32,000 nt of DNA from Breznakia blatticola (GTDB lineage Bacteria > Bacillota_I > Bacilli_A > Erysipelotrichales > Erysipelotrichaceae): assembly GCF_004365815.1 (NCBI RefSeq), contig NZ_SODD01000009.1, forward strand, positions 32,954 to 64,953, in the 5' to 3' direction. Position numbers and translations under genes: made by a program. Below the pieces are notes generated by a model. The model saw only the letters and a program-made list of their open reading frames with translations. It was not told where the DNA came from and searched no databases. This document shows, piece after piece, positions 10,181 through 20,989 of this stretch; within the stretch, counting starts at the first letter, position 1; the number at the start of each line of letters is the position of its first letter.

Positions 10181-11056
10181 ATGCCTATGAAAGAACGTTT
10201 ATTAAAAGTACTAATCGTCCTATTAGTGATTGTAATTGCTTTTGCAGGAGTGTTATTTTATTCCATGTATTTTGCACCTGAAAACTATCAAGTGCAACAT
10301 GAAAGTATTACATCTACTAAGATACCCGAAGATATGGACGAAATAAATATAGCTTACATTAGTGATATCCATTATGGTGAATTTGTTGATGAAGAGCGTC
10401 TACAAGATATGATAGACAAGATTAATAAAGCAGCACCAGATGTCATCTTATTTGGTGGAGATTTATTTAGTGATCCCGCTTCATTTATCGATCAACCTGA
10501 ACAAACTGCAAAAGTAAAAGAACTGTTATCTTCACTAGATGCGCCACTTGGAAAGTTTTATGTACTTGGTGAAGCAGATATGCCTTTAGATCGTACAGAT
10601 GCCAAAACGATGGTGCAAAACTTACTATTTGATGCTGGCTTTGAAGATATGACAAATCGAAACACTCGGATTCATAATGGTTCAACTAGTAGCATTACCC
10701 TAGTAGGTATCGATTCATTACTTGGTGGTTCACCAAATATCCAAGCAGCATTTACAAATGTGAGTGCAGATAGTTTTGTTGTTAGCTTTACACATGCACC
10801 AGATATTTATACCCAGTTACCTGATAATGTTGTAAGTATCGCATTTGCAGGACACTCACATGGTGGTCAAATCTCAATTCCAATTCTTGGTGCATTTAAA
10901 AGCATTGAAGGGGCAGAAACTTATGAAAGAGGTAAACACACACGTGGTACAACAACGATTCATGTTTCTAACGGTTTAGGTACAAGCAATGTAGATATGC
11001 GTGTATTTGCTAACCCTCAAATTGTAATGTATCGCTTAGCACATGCAAAAAAATAA
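10181..11056 (+). CDS. Membrane-anchored calcineurin-like metallophosphoesterase (YkuE-like)
   Basis: N-terminal TM helix, then metallophosphoesterase motifs SDIHYG, GGDLF and GHSHGGQ. Confidence 0.8.
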   Translation: MPMKERLLKVLIVLLVIVIAFAGVLFYSMYFAPENYQVQHESITSTKIPEDMDEINIAYISDIHYGEFVDEERLQDMIDKINKAAPDVILFGGDLFSDPASFIDQPEQTAKVKELLSSLDAPLGKFYVLGEADMPLDRTDAKTMVQNLLFDAGFEDMTNRNTRIHNGSTSSITLVGIDSLLGGSPNIQAAFTNVSADSFVVSFTHAPDIYTQLPDNVVSIAFAGHSHGGQISIPILGAFKSIEGAETYERGKHTRGTTTIHVSNGLGTSNVDMRVFANPQIVMYRLAHAKK

Positions 11057-11066
11057 AGATTTATAA

Positions 11067-11103
11067 GAAGAAGTATTTGTATTGATGAATACTTCTTTTT
11101 TTG
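11067..11103 (+). terminator. Intrinsic terminator of the metallophosphoesterase gene
   Basis: AAGAAGTATT-10 nt loop-AATACTTCTT followed by a T7 run, starting 11 nt after the stop codon. Confidence 0.85.
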
Positions 11104-11134
11104 CGCTTCACAATTGATATCAACAATTTCTCAT

Positions 11135-11166
11135 ATAAAAAGACATCACGCTACATGATGTCTTTA
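11135..11166 (-). terminator. Intrinsic terminator ending the leuS-leu-membrane protein transcription unit
   Basis: Minus strand: AAAGACATC-9 nt loop-GATGTCTTT followed by UUAUAU, just downstream of the 11173 stop. Confidence 0.6.
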
Positions 11167-11172
11167 CTATAT

Positions 11173-11841
11173 TTACTTTTCTACAACAAGGTTTGGATAT
11201 GCTTTATGCAAAAACTCATCTGGATATACTGTATCAAGCATTTCTCCAACAATTGTCATTGGTGGTTTTCCTTGATTGCGCATTCCTAAACGAAATAGTG
11301 CACTATAAGATATACACATATTCAAAATCATAAAAATTAAGATAATCGGATACAAACGATTTCCTATACGAACTGGAATTCGTTCAATCCAAGAAGATAA
11401 CCACGGATAGATGACATACAAAATCAACATACCCCCAAGTCCCCATACCAACATAAATGGAATGGTTGTTCGTCCACCGATATTTAGAAAATACCCTGTA
11501 TAATCCCAACTTTCTGCATGAAATGCTACTTCTTCAAACCAAGATAATCCAAACTCTGTAATACCTCCAACTAAACAACTAAGTAGATAATTTACATACC
11601 AGGGGCGTGTTTTATAGTTTTTCCCTAACAACACAACAAATAAGATAAATCCAAGTCCATATACTGGATTGAATGGTCCATAAATCAAACCACTGCGATT
11701 CACCCATTTATGCATTTCAAACAGCATTAGAATTTCTTCATAATACGTTCCGACAATGCATCCGATAAGAAACAGAAAGAATATTTTCTTAAAGCAGTAT
11801 CCTTCTGCAAATCTACGCTCAACCTTTTTTACTTTTTCCAT
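11173..11841 (-). CDS. Polytopic membrane protein resembling the 'putative ABC-transporter type IV' (PF06541/DUF1113-like) family
   Basis: About 6 hydrophobic segments. Motifs NRSGLIYGPFNPVYGLG and SWDYTGYFLNIGGR resemble the family signature. The start lies 4 nt after the leuB stop. Confidence 0.55.
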   Translation of the reverse strand: MEKVKKVERRFAEGYCFKKIFFLFLIGCIVGTYYEEILMLFEMHKWVNRSGLIYGPFNPVYGLGFILFVVLLGKNYKTRPWYVNYLLSCLVGGITEFGLSWFEEVAFHAESWDYTGYFLNIGGRTTIPFMLVWGLGGMLILYVIYPWLSSWIERIPVRIGNRLYPIILIFMILNMCISYSALFRLGMRNQGKPPMTIVGEMLDTVYPDEFLHKAYPNLVVEK

Positions 11842-11845
11842 ACAT

Positions 11846-12919
11846 CTATGCTATTGCAGCTACAATAAGATCTCCCATCTCTTTACAGCCTACTAGCGTT
11901 GTATGTTTGTCCATCATATCTCCTGTACGATATCCATCATCTAACACTTTTTGAACTGCAGTTTCAATTGCCTGTGCTTCTTTTTCCATAAAGAATGAAT
12001 ATTTAAGCATCATAGCAACAGATAAGATCGTTCCAATTGGATTTGCTTTGTTTTGACCTGCAATATCAGGGGCAGAACCGTGAATAGGTTCATACATACC
12101 ACGAGTTCCTTCACCTAATGAACTTGATGGAATCGTTCCAATGGTTCCTGTAATCATACTTGCTTCATCACTTAAGATATCACCAAACATATTTTCAGTT
12201 AAGATTACATCAAATTGTGCTGGATCCTTACAAATTTGCATCGCAGCATTATCTACATACATATGTGTAAGTTCTACTTCTGGGTAGTCCTTAGCTACTT
12301 CAAGCACGTATTTACGCCATAATTTTGATGAATCAAGAACATTTGCCTTATCTACAGAACATAACTTCTTATTACGTACCATTGCAGTTTCGAAAGCTAC
12401 TTTTGCAATACGAATAACTTCAGGAGCTGAATACTTCATCACATCGTAAGCTACTTCTACATCATTTTCACTTGTTGTAACATGATCACCGAAGTACACT
12501 CCACCAGTCAGTTCACGAACGACCATAAAATCAATTCCCGCTTCAACAATTTCTGGTTTTAAAGGAGACGCATCTTTTAATTCAGTAAATAACTTTGCTG
12601 GTCGCAAGTTTGAATACAAGCCTAAACGACTACGAATTCCTAGAAGTGCTTTTTCTGGACGATTGTTTGGTGGTTGTACATCGTATTTTGGACCACCAAC
12701 TGCACCTAATAAAACTGAATCACTTGCTAAACAAGCTTCTACCGTTGCTTCTGGTAAGCATTCACCATATGCATCAATTGCTTCCCCACCAGCTTTTACA
12801 TAATTTAAATTAAATGTATGTTCATATACTTCTTCTACTTTTTTTAAAACTTTGATTGCTTCATCTACGATTTCTGGACCAATTCCGTCCCCTTTAATTA
12901 CTGCAATATTCTTAATCAT
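11846..12919 (-). CDS. leuB: 3-isopropylmalate dehydrogenase
   Basis: [18 protein letters not shown]... and [19 protein letters not shown] motif. Start chosen at ATG 12919-12917 (AAGGAGGG RBS), overlapping the leuD 3' end. The ORF-track start at 12943 is inside leuD. Confidence 0.95.
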   Translation of the reverse strand: MIKNIAVIKGDGIGPEIVDEAIKVLKKVEEVYEHTFNLNYVKAGGEAIDAYGECLPEATVEACLASDSVLLGAVGGPKYDVQPPNNRPEKALLGIRSRLGLYSNLRPAKLFTELKDASPLKPEIVEAGIDFMVVRELTGGVYFGDHVTTSENDVEVAYDVMKYSAPEVIRIAKVAFETAMVRNKKLCSVDKANVLDSSKLWRKYVLEVAKDYPEVELTHMYVDNAAMQICKDPAQFDVILTENMFGDILSDEASMITGTIGTIPSSSLGEGTRGMYEPIHGSAPDIAGQNKANPIGTILSVAMMLKYSFFMEKEAQAIETAVQKVLDDGYRTGDMMDKHTTLVGCKEMGDLIVAAIA

Positions 12920-13409
12920 TGAATTTTCCCTCCTTGATTGCATTTAGATATCCATTACTTGAAATAATCTTTTGAATAAATTCAGGAAATGGAGGGAATG
13001 TATATTCTTTGTTTTGACTTTCATTTACGATAATTCCTTTATCAAAATCAACATTTACGATGTCTCCATCTTTGATTTCTTTAGCTGCTTCAGGGCATTC
13101 AATGATCGCTAATCCAATATTAATTGAATTACGGTAGAAAATACGTGCAAAACTAGAAGCGATTACACATGAGATTCCACTTGCTTTAATTGCGATTGGT
13201 GCATGTTCACGACTGGATCCACAACCGAAGTTTGCTTCACCAACCATGATATCACCTGCTTTTACTTTATGGATGAAATCAGCATCGATATCTTCCATAC
13301 AGTGACTTGCCAATTCTTTTTCATCTTGTGTATTCAAATGACGAGCTGGAATGATAACATCTGTATCAACGTTATCTCCATACTTATGTACAGTTCCTTT
13401 TGCGATCAT
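12912..13409 (-). CDS. leuD: 3-isopropylmalate dehydratase small subunit
   Basis: 165 aa short-type LeuD ([25 protein letters not shown]), immediately after leuC. Confidence 0.93.
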   Translation of the reverse strand: MIAKGTVHKYGDNVDTDVIIPARHLNTQDEKELASHCMEDIDADFIHKVKAGDIMVGEANFGCGSSREHAPIAIKASGISCVIASSFARIFYRNSINIGLAIIECPEAAKEIKDGDIVNVDFDKGIIVNESQNKEYTFPPFPEFIQKIISSNGYLNAIKEGKFND

Positions 13410-13411
13410 GA

Positions 13412-14680
13412 TTATTCCCCCTTAACACTTTCTGGTGTTGCTAGTTTACCAGCAATTGCGCTTGCTGCTGCAACTTGTGGTGAAGCTAAATATACTTCAC
13501 TTTTTGGATGTCCCATACGACCAACGAAGTTACGGTTACTTGTTCCTACACAACGTTCACCTTCTGCAAGAATTCCCATGTGACCACCTAAACATGGTCC
13601 ACATGTAGGTGTTGAGAAAATACATCCTGCATCAATAAAGATATCAACAAGACCATTTTTAATACAGTCCTTATAGATTTGTTGGGTTGCAGGAATTACA
13701 ATACAACGAATTCCCTCGGCAATATGACGTCCTTTTAGAATGGTTGCAGCTGCTTCCATATCTGAATAACGTCCATTCGTACATGAACCAATATATACTT
13801 GATCAATTGCAATATCTCCCCATTCACTAGGCGTTTTCCCATTTTCAGGTAAGTGTGGGAATGCAACTGTATGTTCAATTGTTGATAAATCAATATCATA
13901 TACTTCATCATAGATAGCATCTGCATCTGCTTCAAAGATGGTTGGAGTACGTTGCCCACGTCCTTCTACATAAGCTAATGTTTGTTCATCAACTGGGAAG
14001 ATTCCATTTTTTGCTCCAGCTTCAATTGCCATATTCGCAATACAGAATCGATCATCCATGCTCAAATTTTTAATTCCATCACCAACAAATTCCATTGAAC
14101 GGTATAAGGCACCATCAACGCCAATTTTTGAAATAATATGAAGAATAACATCTTTACCACTAATATCTTTGTTTAATTTACCTGTAATATTAAATTTAAT
14201 TGCACTAGGCACTTTAAACCAAGCACGTCCAGTTGCCATACCAGCAGCCATATCTGTACTACCAACACCAGTTGAAAATGCACCAAGTGCTCCATATGTA
14301 CATGTGTGTGAATCAGCACCGATAACTAAATCACCACAAGTCACAATTCCTTTTTCAGGCAATAATGAGTGTTCTACTCCCATTTGCCCTACATCATAGA
14401 AATTTGTGATCTCTTGATGTTTTGCAAAACAACGACATTGTTTACTTTGTGTTGCTGCTTTAATATCTTTATTTGGTGTAAAGTGATCGAGTACGATTGA
14501 GATCTTATCTTTATGAAACACCTTATCAAAATCATGTTTTTCAAACTCATTAATTGCAACTGGAGTTGTAATATCATTTCCTAATACCATATCCAAATTT
14601 GCCATAATAAGTTGTCCTGGTTGTACGTTATCAAGACCTGCATGTGCTGCTAAGATCTTTTGTGACATTGTCATTCCCAT
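13412..14680 (-). CDS. leuC: 3-isopropylmalate dehydratase large subunit (about 420-aa short type)
   Basis: Aconitase-family Fe-S ligand motifs ([26 protein letters not shown]) and position between leuA and leuD. Confidence 0.93.
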   Translation of the reverse strand: MGMTMSQKILAAHAGLDNVQPGQLIMANLDMVLGNDITTPVAINEFEKHDFDKVFHKDKISIVLDHFTPNKDIKAATQSKQCRCFAKHQEITNFYDVGQMGVEHSLLPEKGIVTCGDLVIGADSHTCTYGALGAFSTGVGSTDMAAGMATGRAWFKVPSAIKFNITGKLNKDISGKDVILHIISKIGVDGALYRSMEFVGDGIKNLSMDDRFCIANMAIEAGAKNGIFPVDEQTLAYVEGRGQRTPTIFEADADAIYDEVYDIDLSTIEHTVAFPHLPENGKTPSEWGDIAIDQVYIGSCTNGRYSDMEAAATILKGRHIAEGIRCIVIPATQQIYKDCIKNGLVDIFIDAGCIFSTPTCGPCLGGHMGILAEGERCVGTSNRNFVGRMGHPKSEVYLASPQVAAASAIAGKLATPESVKGE

Positions 14681-14683
14681 TGT

Positions 14684-16363
14684 TTATTCCCCCTCTATTT
14701 TTGCTTTTTCATTGATCGCTCGATTTAAGGCACTAACCATCGCTTGAATACTAGCAGCGATAATATCATCGTGTATTCCTACACCAAAACGATCTACATT
14801 GACACAATCATTTATTTCCACATAGGCACAAGCCTTTGATGCACTACTTTTTCCAAGTGAGTGTTCATTGTAATCAATGACATCAAAAGTTAAGCCTAAG
14901 TGTTCTCTAAAGGCATTAGCAACTGCATCTAAACGACCATTACCATTACCTTTGCACATTTTATGTTCCCCTTTAAAGTTCACTTCAACTTCTACAGAAA
15001 TATCTCCATTTCTAGTAAAGTGATAATCGATTAATTCTAATGGAGCTTGTAAATTCACAAAGTCCTTTTCGAATATATCTTTAATTTCATTTGGCATTAG
15101 TTCTGCATGTTTCTTATCCGAAATATCTTTGATGTAGTAGCCAAATCCTTCACGGAAGCGCTTAGGTAAATCAAATCCGTAGTACTCTTCCATCAAGTAT
15201 CCAATTCCACCTTTTCCAGATTGTGAGTTGATTCGAATTACATCACTTTCATATTCACGACCAACATCTTTTGGATCAATTGGTAAATATGGAACATTCC
15301 ATAAATCACTACCAATTTCTTCACGATATTTCAACCCTTTTGCAATCGCGTCTTGGTGACTACCAGAGAATGCCGCAAATACAAGTTTTCCTGCATATGG
15401 TTGACGGTCATAAACACGCATACGTGTTACTTCTTCATATACACGTACAATTTCTTGAATGTTGCTGAAGTCTAATTTTGGATTTACACCATGCGTAAAC
15501 ATATTTAATGCAAGAGTCACAATATCTACATTACCTGTACGCTCTCCATTACCAAATAATGTTCCTTCAATACGGTCTGCACCCGCAAGTAAACCAAGTT
15601 CACTATCTGCTACACCACAGCCACGGTCATTATGTGGATGCAAGCTAATTTCAACTGCATCACGGTGTTTCAAATGTTTATGCATATATTCAATTTGTGA
15701 AGCATAGACATGTGACATACTCATTTCTACAGTTACCGGTAAGTTGATGATTGCTTTCTTATCTGGTGTTGGTTGCCATATATCAAGTACAGCATTGCAC
15801 ACTTCAAGTGCATATTCCATTTCCGTTCCTGTAAAACTTTCTGGTGAATATTCAAAACGAATATCCCCTTTTGCATCTTTTGCCAATTCTTTTAATAACT
15901 TTGCTCCATTTGTGGCAATCGTAAGAATTTCTTCCTTTGATTTTCTAAAGACTTGTTCACGTTGCGCAACACTTGTTGAATTGTAAACATGCACCACTGC
16001 CTTTTTACATCCATCAAGCGCATCAAATGTCTTTTTGATGATATGTTCACGAGCTTGTGTAAGTACTTGCACAGTTACATCATCAGGAATTAAATCTTGT
16101 TCGATCAGTGTACGTAAGAATTGATATTCTGTTTCACTAGCTGCTGGAAACCCAACTTCAATTTCTTTGAATCCAACCTTTACGAGTAAATCAAAGAATT
16201 TTAACTTCTCATCTAAACTCATCGGAATAATCAAACTTTGATTTCCATCACGTAAATCGACAGAACACCATGTTGGTGCTGTATCGATATATTCTTTTTT
16301 TACCCAGTCAAAACAAGGCTCTGGTGGCATGAAATAACCACGCTTGTACTTATTAAAGTTCAT
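14684..16363 (-). CDS. leuA: 2-isopropylmalate synthase, long (about 560 aa) type
   Basis: WCSVDLRDGNQS, HPHNDRGCGVA and a C-terminal LeuA regulatory/dimerisation region. AGGAGG RBS lies in the 15-nt gap after the leuS stop. Confidence 0.93.
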   Translation of the reverse strand: MNFNKYKRGYFMPPEPCFDWVKKEYIDTAPTWCSVDLRDGNQSLIIPMSLDEKLKFFDLLVKVGFKEIEVGFPAASETEYQFLRTLIEQDLIPDDVTVQVLTQAREHIIKKTFDALDGCKKAVVHVYNSTSVAQREQVFRKSKEEILTIATNGAKLLKELAKDAKGDIRFEYSPESFTGTEMEYALEVCNAVLDIWQPTPDKKAIINLPVTVEMSMSHVYASQIEYMHKHLKHRDAVEISLHPHNDRGCGVADSELGLLAGADRIEGTLFGNGERTGNVDIVTLALNMFTHGVNPKLDFSNIQEIVRVYEEVTRMRVYDRQPYAGKLVFAAFSGSHQDAIAKGLKYREEIGSDLWNVPYLPIDPKDVGREYESDVIRINSQSGKGGIGYLMEEYYGFDLPKRFREGFGYYIKDISDKKHAELMPNEIKDIFEKDFVNLQAPLELIDYHFTRNGDISVEVEVNFKGEHKMCKGNGNGRLDAVANAFREHLGLTFDVIDYNEHSLGKSSASKACAYVEINDCVNVDRFGVGIHDDIIAASIQAMVSALNRAINEKAKIEGE

Positions 16364-16378
16364 AAACTTTACCTCCTA

Positions 16379-18778
16379 TTACACAACAATATTCACTAAT
16401 TTATTCTTAATTACAATTACTTTACGTAATTCTTTCCCCTCAATAAAACTTTGGATAGCTTCTAATGCCAATGCTTTTTCTTTAATTTCATCATCACTTG
16501 AACCATTAGCTATCATAAACTTACCACGTAATTTTCCGTTTACTTGTACGATAATTTCTAATTCATCTTCAACTAACATCGCTTCATCATATGTTGGCCA
16601 AGCTTCATATGTAATCGTATCGTTATGTCCTAAAATTACGTTCCATAATTCTTCACCTAAGTGTGGTGCAATTGGATATAGCATTTTTGTAAATCCTTCT
16701 GCATATGCTTTCGGGAAGTTTTTCTCTTTATATACCGCATTCACGAATATCATCATTTGCGAGATTGCAGTATTGAAGTTCAGACTTTCATAATCATCTG
16801 TAACTTTCTTAACTGTTTGGTGATATACCTTATCTAAGTTTGGATTTGCTACATCACTAATTTTACCTTCTTCAGTAAATAGACGATACACACGTACTAA
16901 GAAACGATGTGCACCTTCTACTCCACTTGTACTCCAAGGTTTATCGGCTTCTAATGGACCCATAAACATTTCATATAAACGAAGTGTATCTGCTCCATAA
17001 TCTTCAACGATATCATTTGGGTTTACAACATACTCAGGGTAACGTTTTCCCATTTTCATATTGTTTTCACCTAGAATCATTCCTTGGTGAACAAGTTTCT
17101 TAAACGGTTCACTTGTTGGTGCAATTCCTTTATCAAACAAGTAACGGTTCCACATTCTTGCATATAATAAATGTCCAACAGCATGTTCTGGTCCACCAAC
17201 ATATAAATCAACTGGCATCCAGTGTTTTAATAACTCTGGATCTCCTATGGCTTTGTCGTTATGTGGATCAATATAACGTAAGAAATACCAACTTGAACCA
17301 GCACTTCCTGGCATAGTACTTGTCTCACGTTTTCCTTTTTTACCTTCTACTTCTACATGAACCCAATCCGTTGCTTTTTCTAATGGCGAAGATCCACTCG
17401 AACTAGGGCTATAGTCTTCAAGTTCAGGTAACACAAGTGGTAATTCACTTTCTGCAACTAACTGTTCAGTTCCATCTTCCATATGAATGACTGGAATTGG
17501 TTCTCCCCAGTAACGTTGACGTGCAAAGATCCATTCACGTAAACGATAGTTCACATGTTTTGTTCCTACATGGTGTTCTTCAAGCCATGCAATCATTGTT
17601 GCAATTGCATCTGCTTTATTCATTCCATCAAGGAATCCTGAATTGATATGTAAACCATCTTCTACATATGCAGCTTCTTCAATATTTCCACCTTCTAAAA
17701 CAGCGATAATATCAATTCCATATTTTTTTGCAAAATCATAGTCACGCTCATCATGTGCAGGGACTGCCATAATTGCACCAGTTCCATATCCTGCAAGCAC
17801 GTAATCTGCAATCCAAATTGGCACTTCTGCACCATTTACAGGATTTATTGCATATGCTCCAGTAAACACACCAGTTTTTTCTTTATTTAACTCTGTACGT
17901 TCTAAATCCGACTTACTTGCACATACTTTTTTATAGTCACTCACTGCCTGTTTTTGCGCGTCACTTGTAATCATATCAACAAGTACATGTTCAGGTGATA
18001 ATACACAATACGTAGCTCCAAATAGTGTATCTGGACGTGTTGTAAACACGGTGAATGTTTCATCATATCCAGCAACTTTGAAATCAACATGTGCACCAAC
18101 GCTTTTTCCAATCCAGTTACGTTGCATTTCTTTTGTTGATTTTGGCCAATCAAGATCATCCAAACCATCAAGTAGTTTTTCTGCATATGCAGGAATATCA
18201 ATTGCCCATTGTTTCATATTGATACGAACGACTGGATATCCTCCACGCTCACTTTTTCCATCAATAACTTCATCATTTGCAAGTACAGTTCCTAATTCTT
18301 CACACCAGTTAACTGGCATATCGATATATTTTACTAGTCCATCTTTATATAACTGTTCAAAAATCCATTGTGTCCATTTATAGTATGATGGATCACTTGT
18401 CGAAAAGGATTTATCCCAATCATATGAGAAACCTAATAACTGTAATTGCTCAGAGAAGATTTTAATGTTTGCTTCTGTAAATCCATTTGGATGATTTCCT
18501 GTAGAAATCGCATATTGTTCTGCTGGAAGTCCAAACGAATCAAATCCCATTGGGTGCAATACGTTATATCCTTGCATACGTTTTAATCGACTTACTACAT
18601 CTGTTGCTGTATATCCTTCTGGGTGACCAACATGAAGTCCTTGTCCTGATGGATAAGGAAACATATCTAATGCATAGAATTTAGGTTTACTAAAATCCCA
18701 TACATCTGTTTTAAATGTATCGTTATCTTTCCAATACTTACGCCATTTTGTTTCAATTGCTTTGTAATCAAATACCAT
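16379..18778 (-). CDS. leuS: Leucyl-tRNA synthetase
   Basis: 799 aa. Class I signatures [12 protein letters not shown] (HIGH) and KMGKR-type KMSKS region, plus a CP1 editing domain. Confidence 0.97.
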   Translation of the reverse strand: MVFDYKAIETKWRKYWKDNDTFKTDVWDFSKPKFYALDMFPYPSGQGLHVGHPEGYTATDVVSRLKRMQGYNVLHPMGFDSFGLPAEQYAISTGNHPNGFTEANIKIFSEQLQLLGFSYDWDKSFSTSDPSYYKWTQWIFEQLYKDGLVKYIDMPVNWCEELGTVLANDEVIDGKSERGGYPVVRINMKQWAIDIPAYAEKLLDGLDDLDWPKSTKEMQRNWIGKSVGAHVDFKVAGYDETFTVFTTRPDTLFGATYCVLSPEHVLVDMITSDAQKQAVSDYKKVCASKSDLERTELNKEKTGVFTGAYAINPVNGAEVPIWIADYVLAGYGTGAIMAVPAHDERDYDFAKKYGIDIIAVLEGGNIEEAAYVEDGLHINSGFLDGMNKADAIATMIAWLEEHHVGTKHVNYRLREWIFARQRYWGEPIPVIHMEDGTEQLVAESELPLVLPELEDYSPSSSGSSPLEKATDWVHVEVEGKKGKRETSTMPGSAGSSWYFLRYIDPHNDKAIGDPELLKHWMPVDLYVGGPEHAVGHLLYARMWNRYLFDKGIAPTSEPFKKLVHQGMILGENNMKMGKRYPEYVVNPNDIVEDYGADTLRLYEMFMGPLEADKPWSTSGVEGAHRFLVRVYRLFTEEGKISDVANPNLDKVYHQTVKKVTDDYESLNFNTAISQMMIFVNAVYKEKNFPKAYAEGFTKMLYPIAPHLGEELWNVILGHNDTITYEAWPTYDEAMLVEDELEIIVQVNGKLRGKFMIANGSSDDEIKEKALALEAIQSFIEGKELRKVIVIKNKLVNIVV

Positions 18779-18796
18779 ATTTTTCTCCTTTTACCT

Positions 18797-19025
18797 AAAA
18801 TAAAAACGTCCTCAGAAATTCATCTAAGGACGTTTTAAACGCGGTACCACCTTAGTTCATATAGAAAAAATCTATATGCACCTTCATTATCGATTATCGC
18901 TCGATTCACGAATCGCTTATGAATTACGATTAGCTCCTTGGCGAGTTCACCTTAGTGTTTATACAAGTTTTCACCAACCACTTGCTCTCTATCATAAACC
19001 TTAAGATTACTACTCCAAATCTAAG
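18797..19025 (-). promoter_or_regulatory. T-box riboswitch leader (Leu, specifier CUC) with terminator/antiterminator
   Basis: Minus strand: AGAGAG box (18990-18985). Specifier loop GUGAA-CUC-G with CUC at 18945-18943. T-box core GGUGGUACCGCG (18851-18840), whose UGGU bulge matches an A73 discriminator. Terminator AAAACGUCCUUAG-loop-CUGAGGACGUUUUU (18836-18800), about 20 nt before the leuS RBS. Confidence 0.9.
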
Positions 19026-19051
19026 CTATATTGTTACTTATTTTATCACAA

Positions 19052-19513
19052 TTATTTACTTTTACAAGTAAACTCTAGATTTTCATAATTCGCTACAGTT
19101 TTCTTTAAACTTAAGCCTTTTTTGGTACTACCTTCAACTTCTAGTAATTTTGCTTCGATTAGATCTTCAACCGATGCTTCTTCTAAGTCAAATACGCTAT
19201 CTTCTGTAAGTACATTATCTTTCAATGTATAGGTATATGTTACACCTTTTGTAGCTTCCATTTTCTCTTTAACTTCTTTTGCATTTTTATTTACATCATC
19301 TTCAGTAATTAAACCTTGATCAAATGCACTTGTTAAATCCGTAGCGACATGTTGTGTAAGCTTTGTGATTGTATCATCATCGGCTTCCAGTGTTAAGGTT
19401 GCTTTTGTTTCTGCTTGTTCAATTGTACATACAGTTGTTGTTTCTTCTTTTTTTGATTGACATCCACTCATAACAAATAGACTTATCAATAACAAATACG
19501 TTAACTTTTTCAT
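19052..19513 (-). CDS. Small secreted lipoprotein (YehR/DUF1307-like)
   Basis: Signal peptide with lipobox LFVMSGC, then an acidic, Thr/Glu/Lys-rich mature part of about 130 aa. Confidence 0.6.
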   Translation of the reverse strand: MKKLTYLLLISLFVMSGCQSKKEETTTVCTIEQAETKATLTLEADDDTITKLTQHVATDLTSAFDQGLITEDDVNKNAKEVKEKMEATKGVTYTYTLKDNVLTEDSVFDLEEASVEDLIEAKLLEVEGSTKKGLSLKKTVANYENLEFTCKSK

Positions 19514-19601
19514 TTACATTCCTCTTCTTGATTTCTTATATCATTTACTTTTTCAGTATATCATATTCCATCAATTTATAAACGTAAGAAAATGGTTCGT
19601 A

Positions 19602-20987
19602 TTATTTATTTTGAATGTAATCATCCATTGCTTGTGCAGCTTCTTTTCCTGCTCCCATTGCTAGGATTACCGTCGCAGCTCCAGTTACTGCATCTCCTCC
19701 AGCAAATACACCTTCTCGTGTTGTTGCTCCTGTTTTTGGATCTGCAATTAGACATCCCCATTTGTTGGTGTCTAATCCTTCTGTGGTTCTGTGAATTAAT
19801 GGGTTTGGACTTGTTCCTATCGACATAATCATACAATCGATATCTAGTGTGAAATTACTTCCTTCTTTGACTACTGGTCGTCTTCTTCCACTCTCATCAG
19901 GTTCTCCTAATTCCATTTCTACACATTCAATAGCCGATACATTTCCTTTGTCATCACCAAGTACTTGGACTGGATTATTCAATGTCTTAAAGATAATTCC
20001 TTCTTCCATTGCATGTTCCACTTCTTCTTTTCTTGCTGGTAATTCTTCAGTTCCTCGACGGTACACAATGTATACTTCTGCTCCTAGACGTTTTGCACAT
20101 CTGGCAGCATCCATTGCAACATTTCCTCCACCGACAACTGCTACTTTCTTACCTTTGAAAATTGGTGTATCAGCTTCTACATCATAAGCTTTCATTAAGT
20201 TAAAACGTGTCAGAAATTCATTTGCAGAGAATACTCCATTTAAGTTTTCTCCAGGTATTTTCATAAAGTTTGGAAGTCCTGCTCCACTACCGATGAATAC
20301 AGCTTCATTTTCATCTTCAAATAGTTCATCAATATCAAACACTTTTCCAATAACCATATTGGTTTCCATGTGAACACCTAAGTCTTTGAGTGCTTGTACT
20401 TCTTTACTTACAATCGCTTTTGGTAGTCTGAATTCTGGAATTCCATATTCAAGTACTCCTCCTGCTTTATGTAATGCTTCATAGACTGTAACTTCATATC
20501 CTTTTTTCGCTAAATCTCCTGCACAAGTTAATCCTGCAGGTCCAGCTCCTACTACAGCTACTTTATGTCCATTCTTTTCAATAGTTGGAATCTTATTTTC
20601 TCCATTTGCCATATGATAATCAGCGACAAATCTCTCCAGCCTTCCAATTCCGACTGCTTCATGTTTAATGGCTCTTACACATAGCTTTTCACATTGATCT
20701 TCTTGTGGACATACACGTCCACATACTGCTGGTAAAGCATTGGTTTCTTTAATCTTATCGTAGGCTCCTTCGATATCTCCTTCTTTAATTAAGGCGATAA
20801 ATTCAGGAATTTGCACACCTACTGGACATCCATTTACACAAGGTTTGTGTTTACATTGTAGACAACGATCCGCTTCTTCTTGTGCCATTTCTAAGGTATA
20901 TCCTGTTGCTACTTCTGCAACGTTTTTATTTCGTACATTTGGCTCTTGATGTGGCATTGGTACTTTATTTGGACTCATGTTTGGCAT
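19602..20987 (-). CDS. nfnB: GltD-like FAD/2x[4Fe-4S] NADPH oxidoreductase, likely the NfnB subunit of NADH-dependent reduced-ferredoxin:NADP+ oxidoreductase (often annotated as homotetrameric glutamate synthase or SudA)
   Basis: CLQCKHKPCVNGCP and CGRVCPQEDQCEKLC cluster motifs, two dinucleotide folds (VAVVGAGPAGL, VAVVGGGNVAMD), 461 aa, paired with a PyrK-like subunit. Confidence 0.65.
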   Translation of the reverse strand: MPNMSPNKVPMPHQEPNVRNKNVAEVATGYTLEMAQEEADRCLQCKHKPCVNGCPVGVQIPEFIALIKEGDIEGAYDKIKETNALPAVCGRVCPQEDQCEKLCVRAIKHEAVGIGRLERFVADYHMANGENKIPTIEKNGHKVAVVGAGPAGLTCAGDLAKKGYEVTVYEALHKAGGVLEYGIPEFRLPKAIVSKEVQALKDLGVHMETNMVIGKVFDIDELFEDENEAVFIGSGAGLPNFMKIPGENLNGVFSANEFLTRFNLMKAYDVEADTPIFKGKKVAVVGGGNVAMDAARCAKRLGAEVYIVYRRGTEELPARKEEVEHAMEEGIIFKTLNNPVQVLGDDKGNVSAIECVEMELGEPDESGRRRPVVKEGSNFTLDIDCMIMSIGTSPNPLIHRTTEGLDTNKWGCLIADPKTGATTREGVFAGGDAVTGAATVILAMGAGKEAAQAMDDYIQNK

Positions 20988-20989
20988 AA

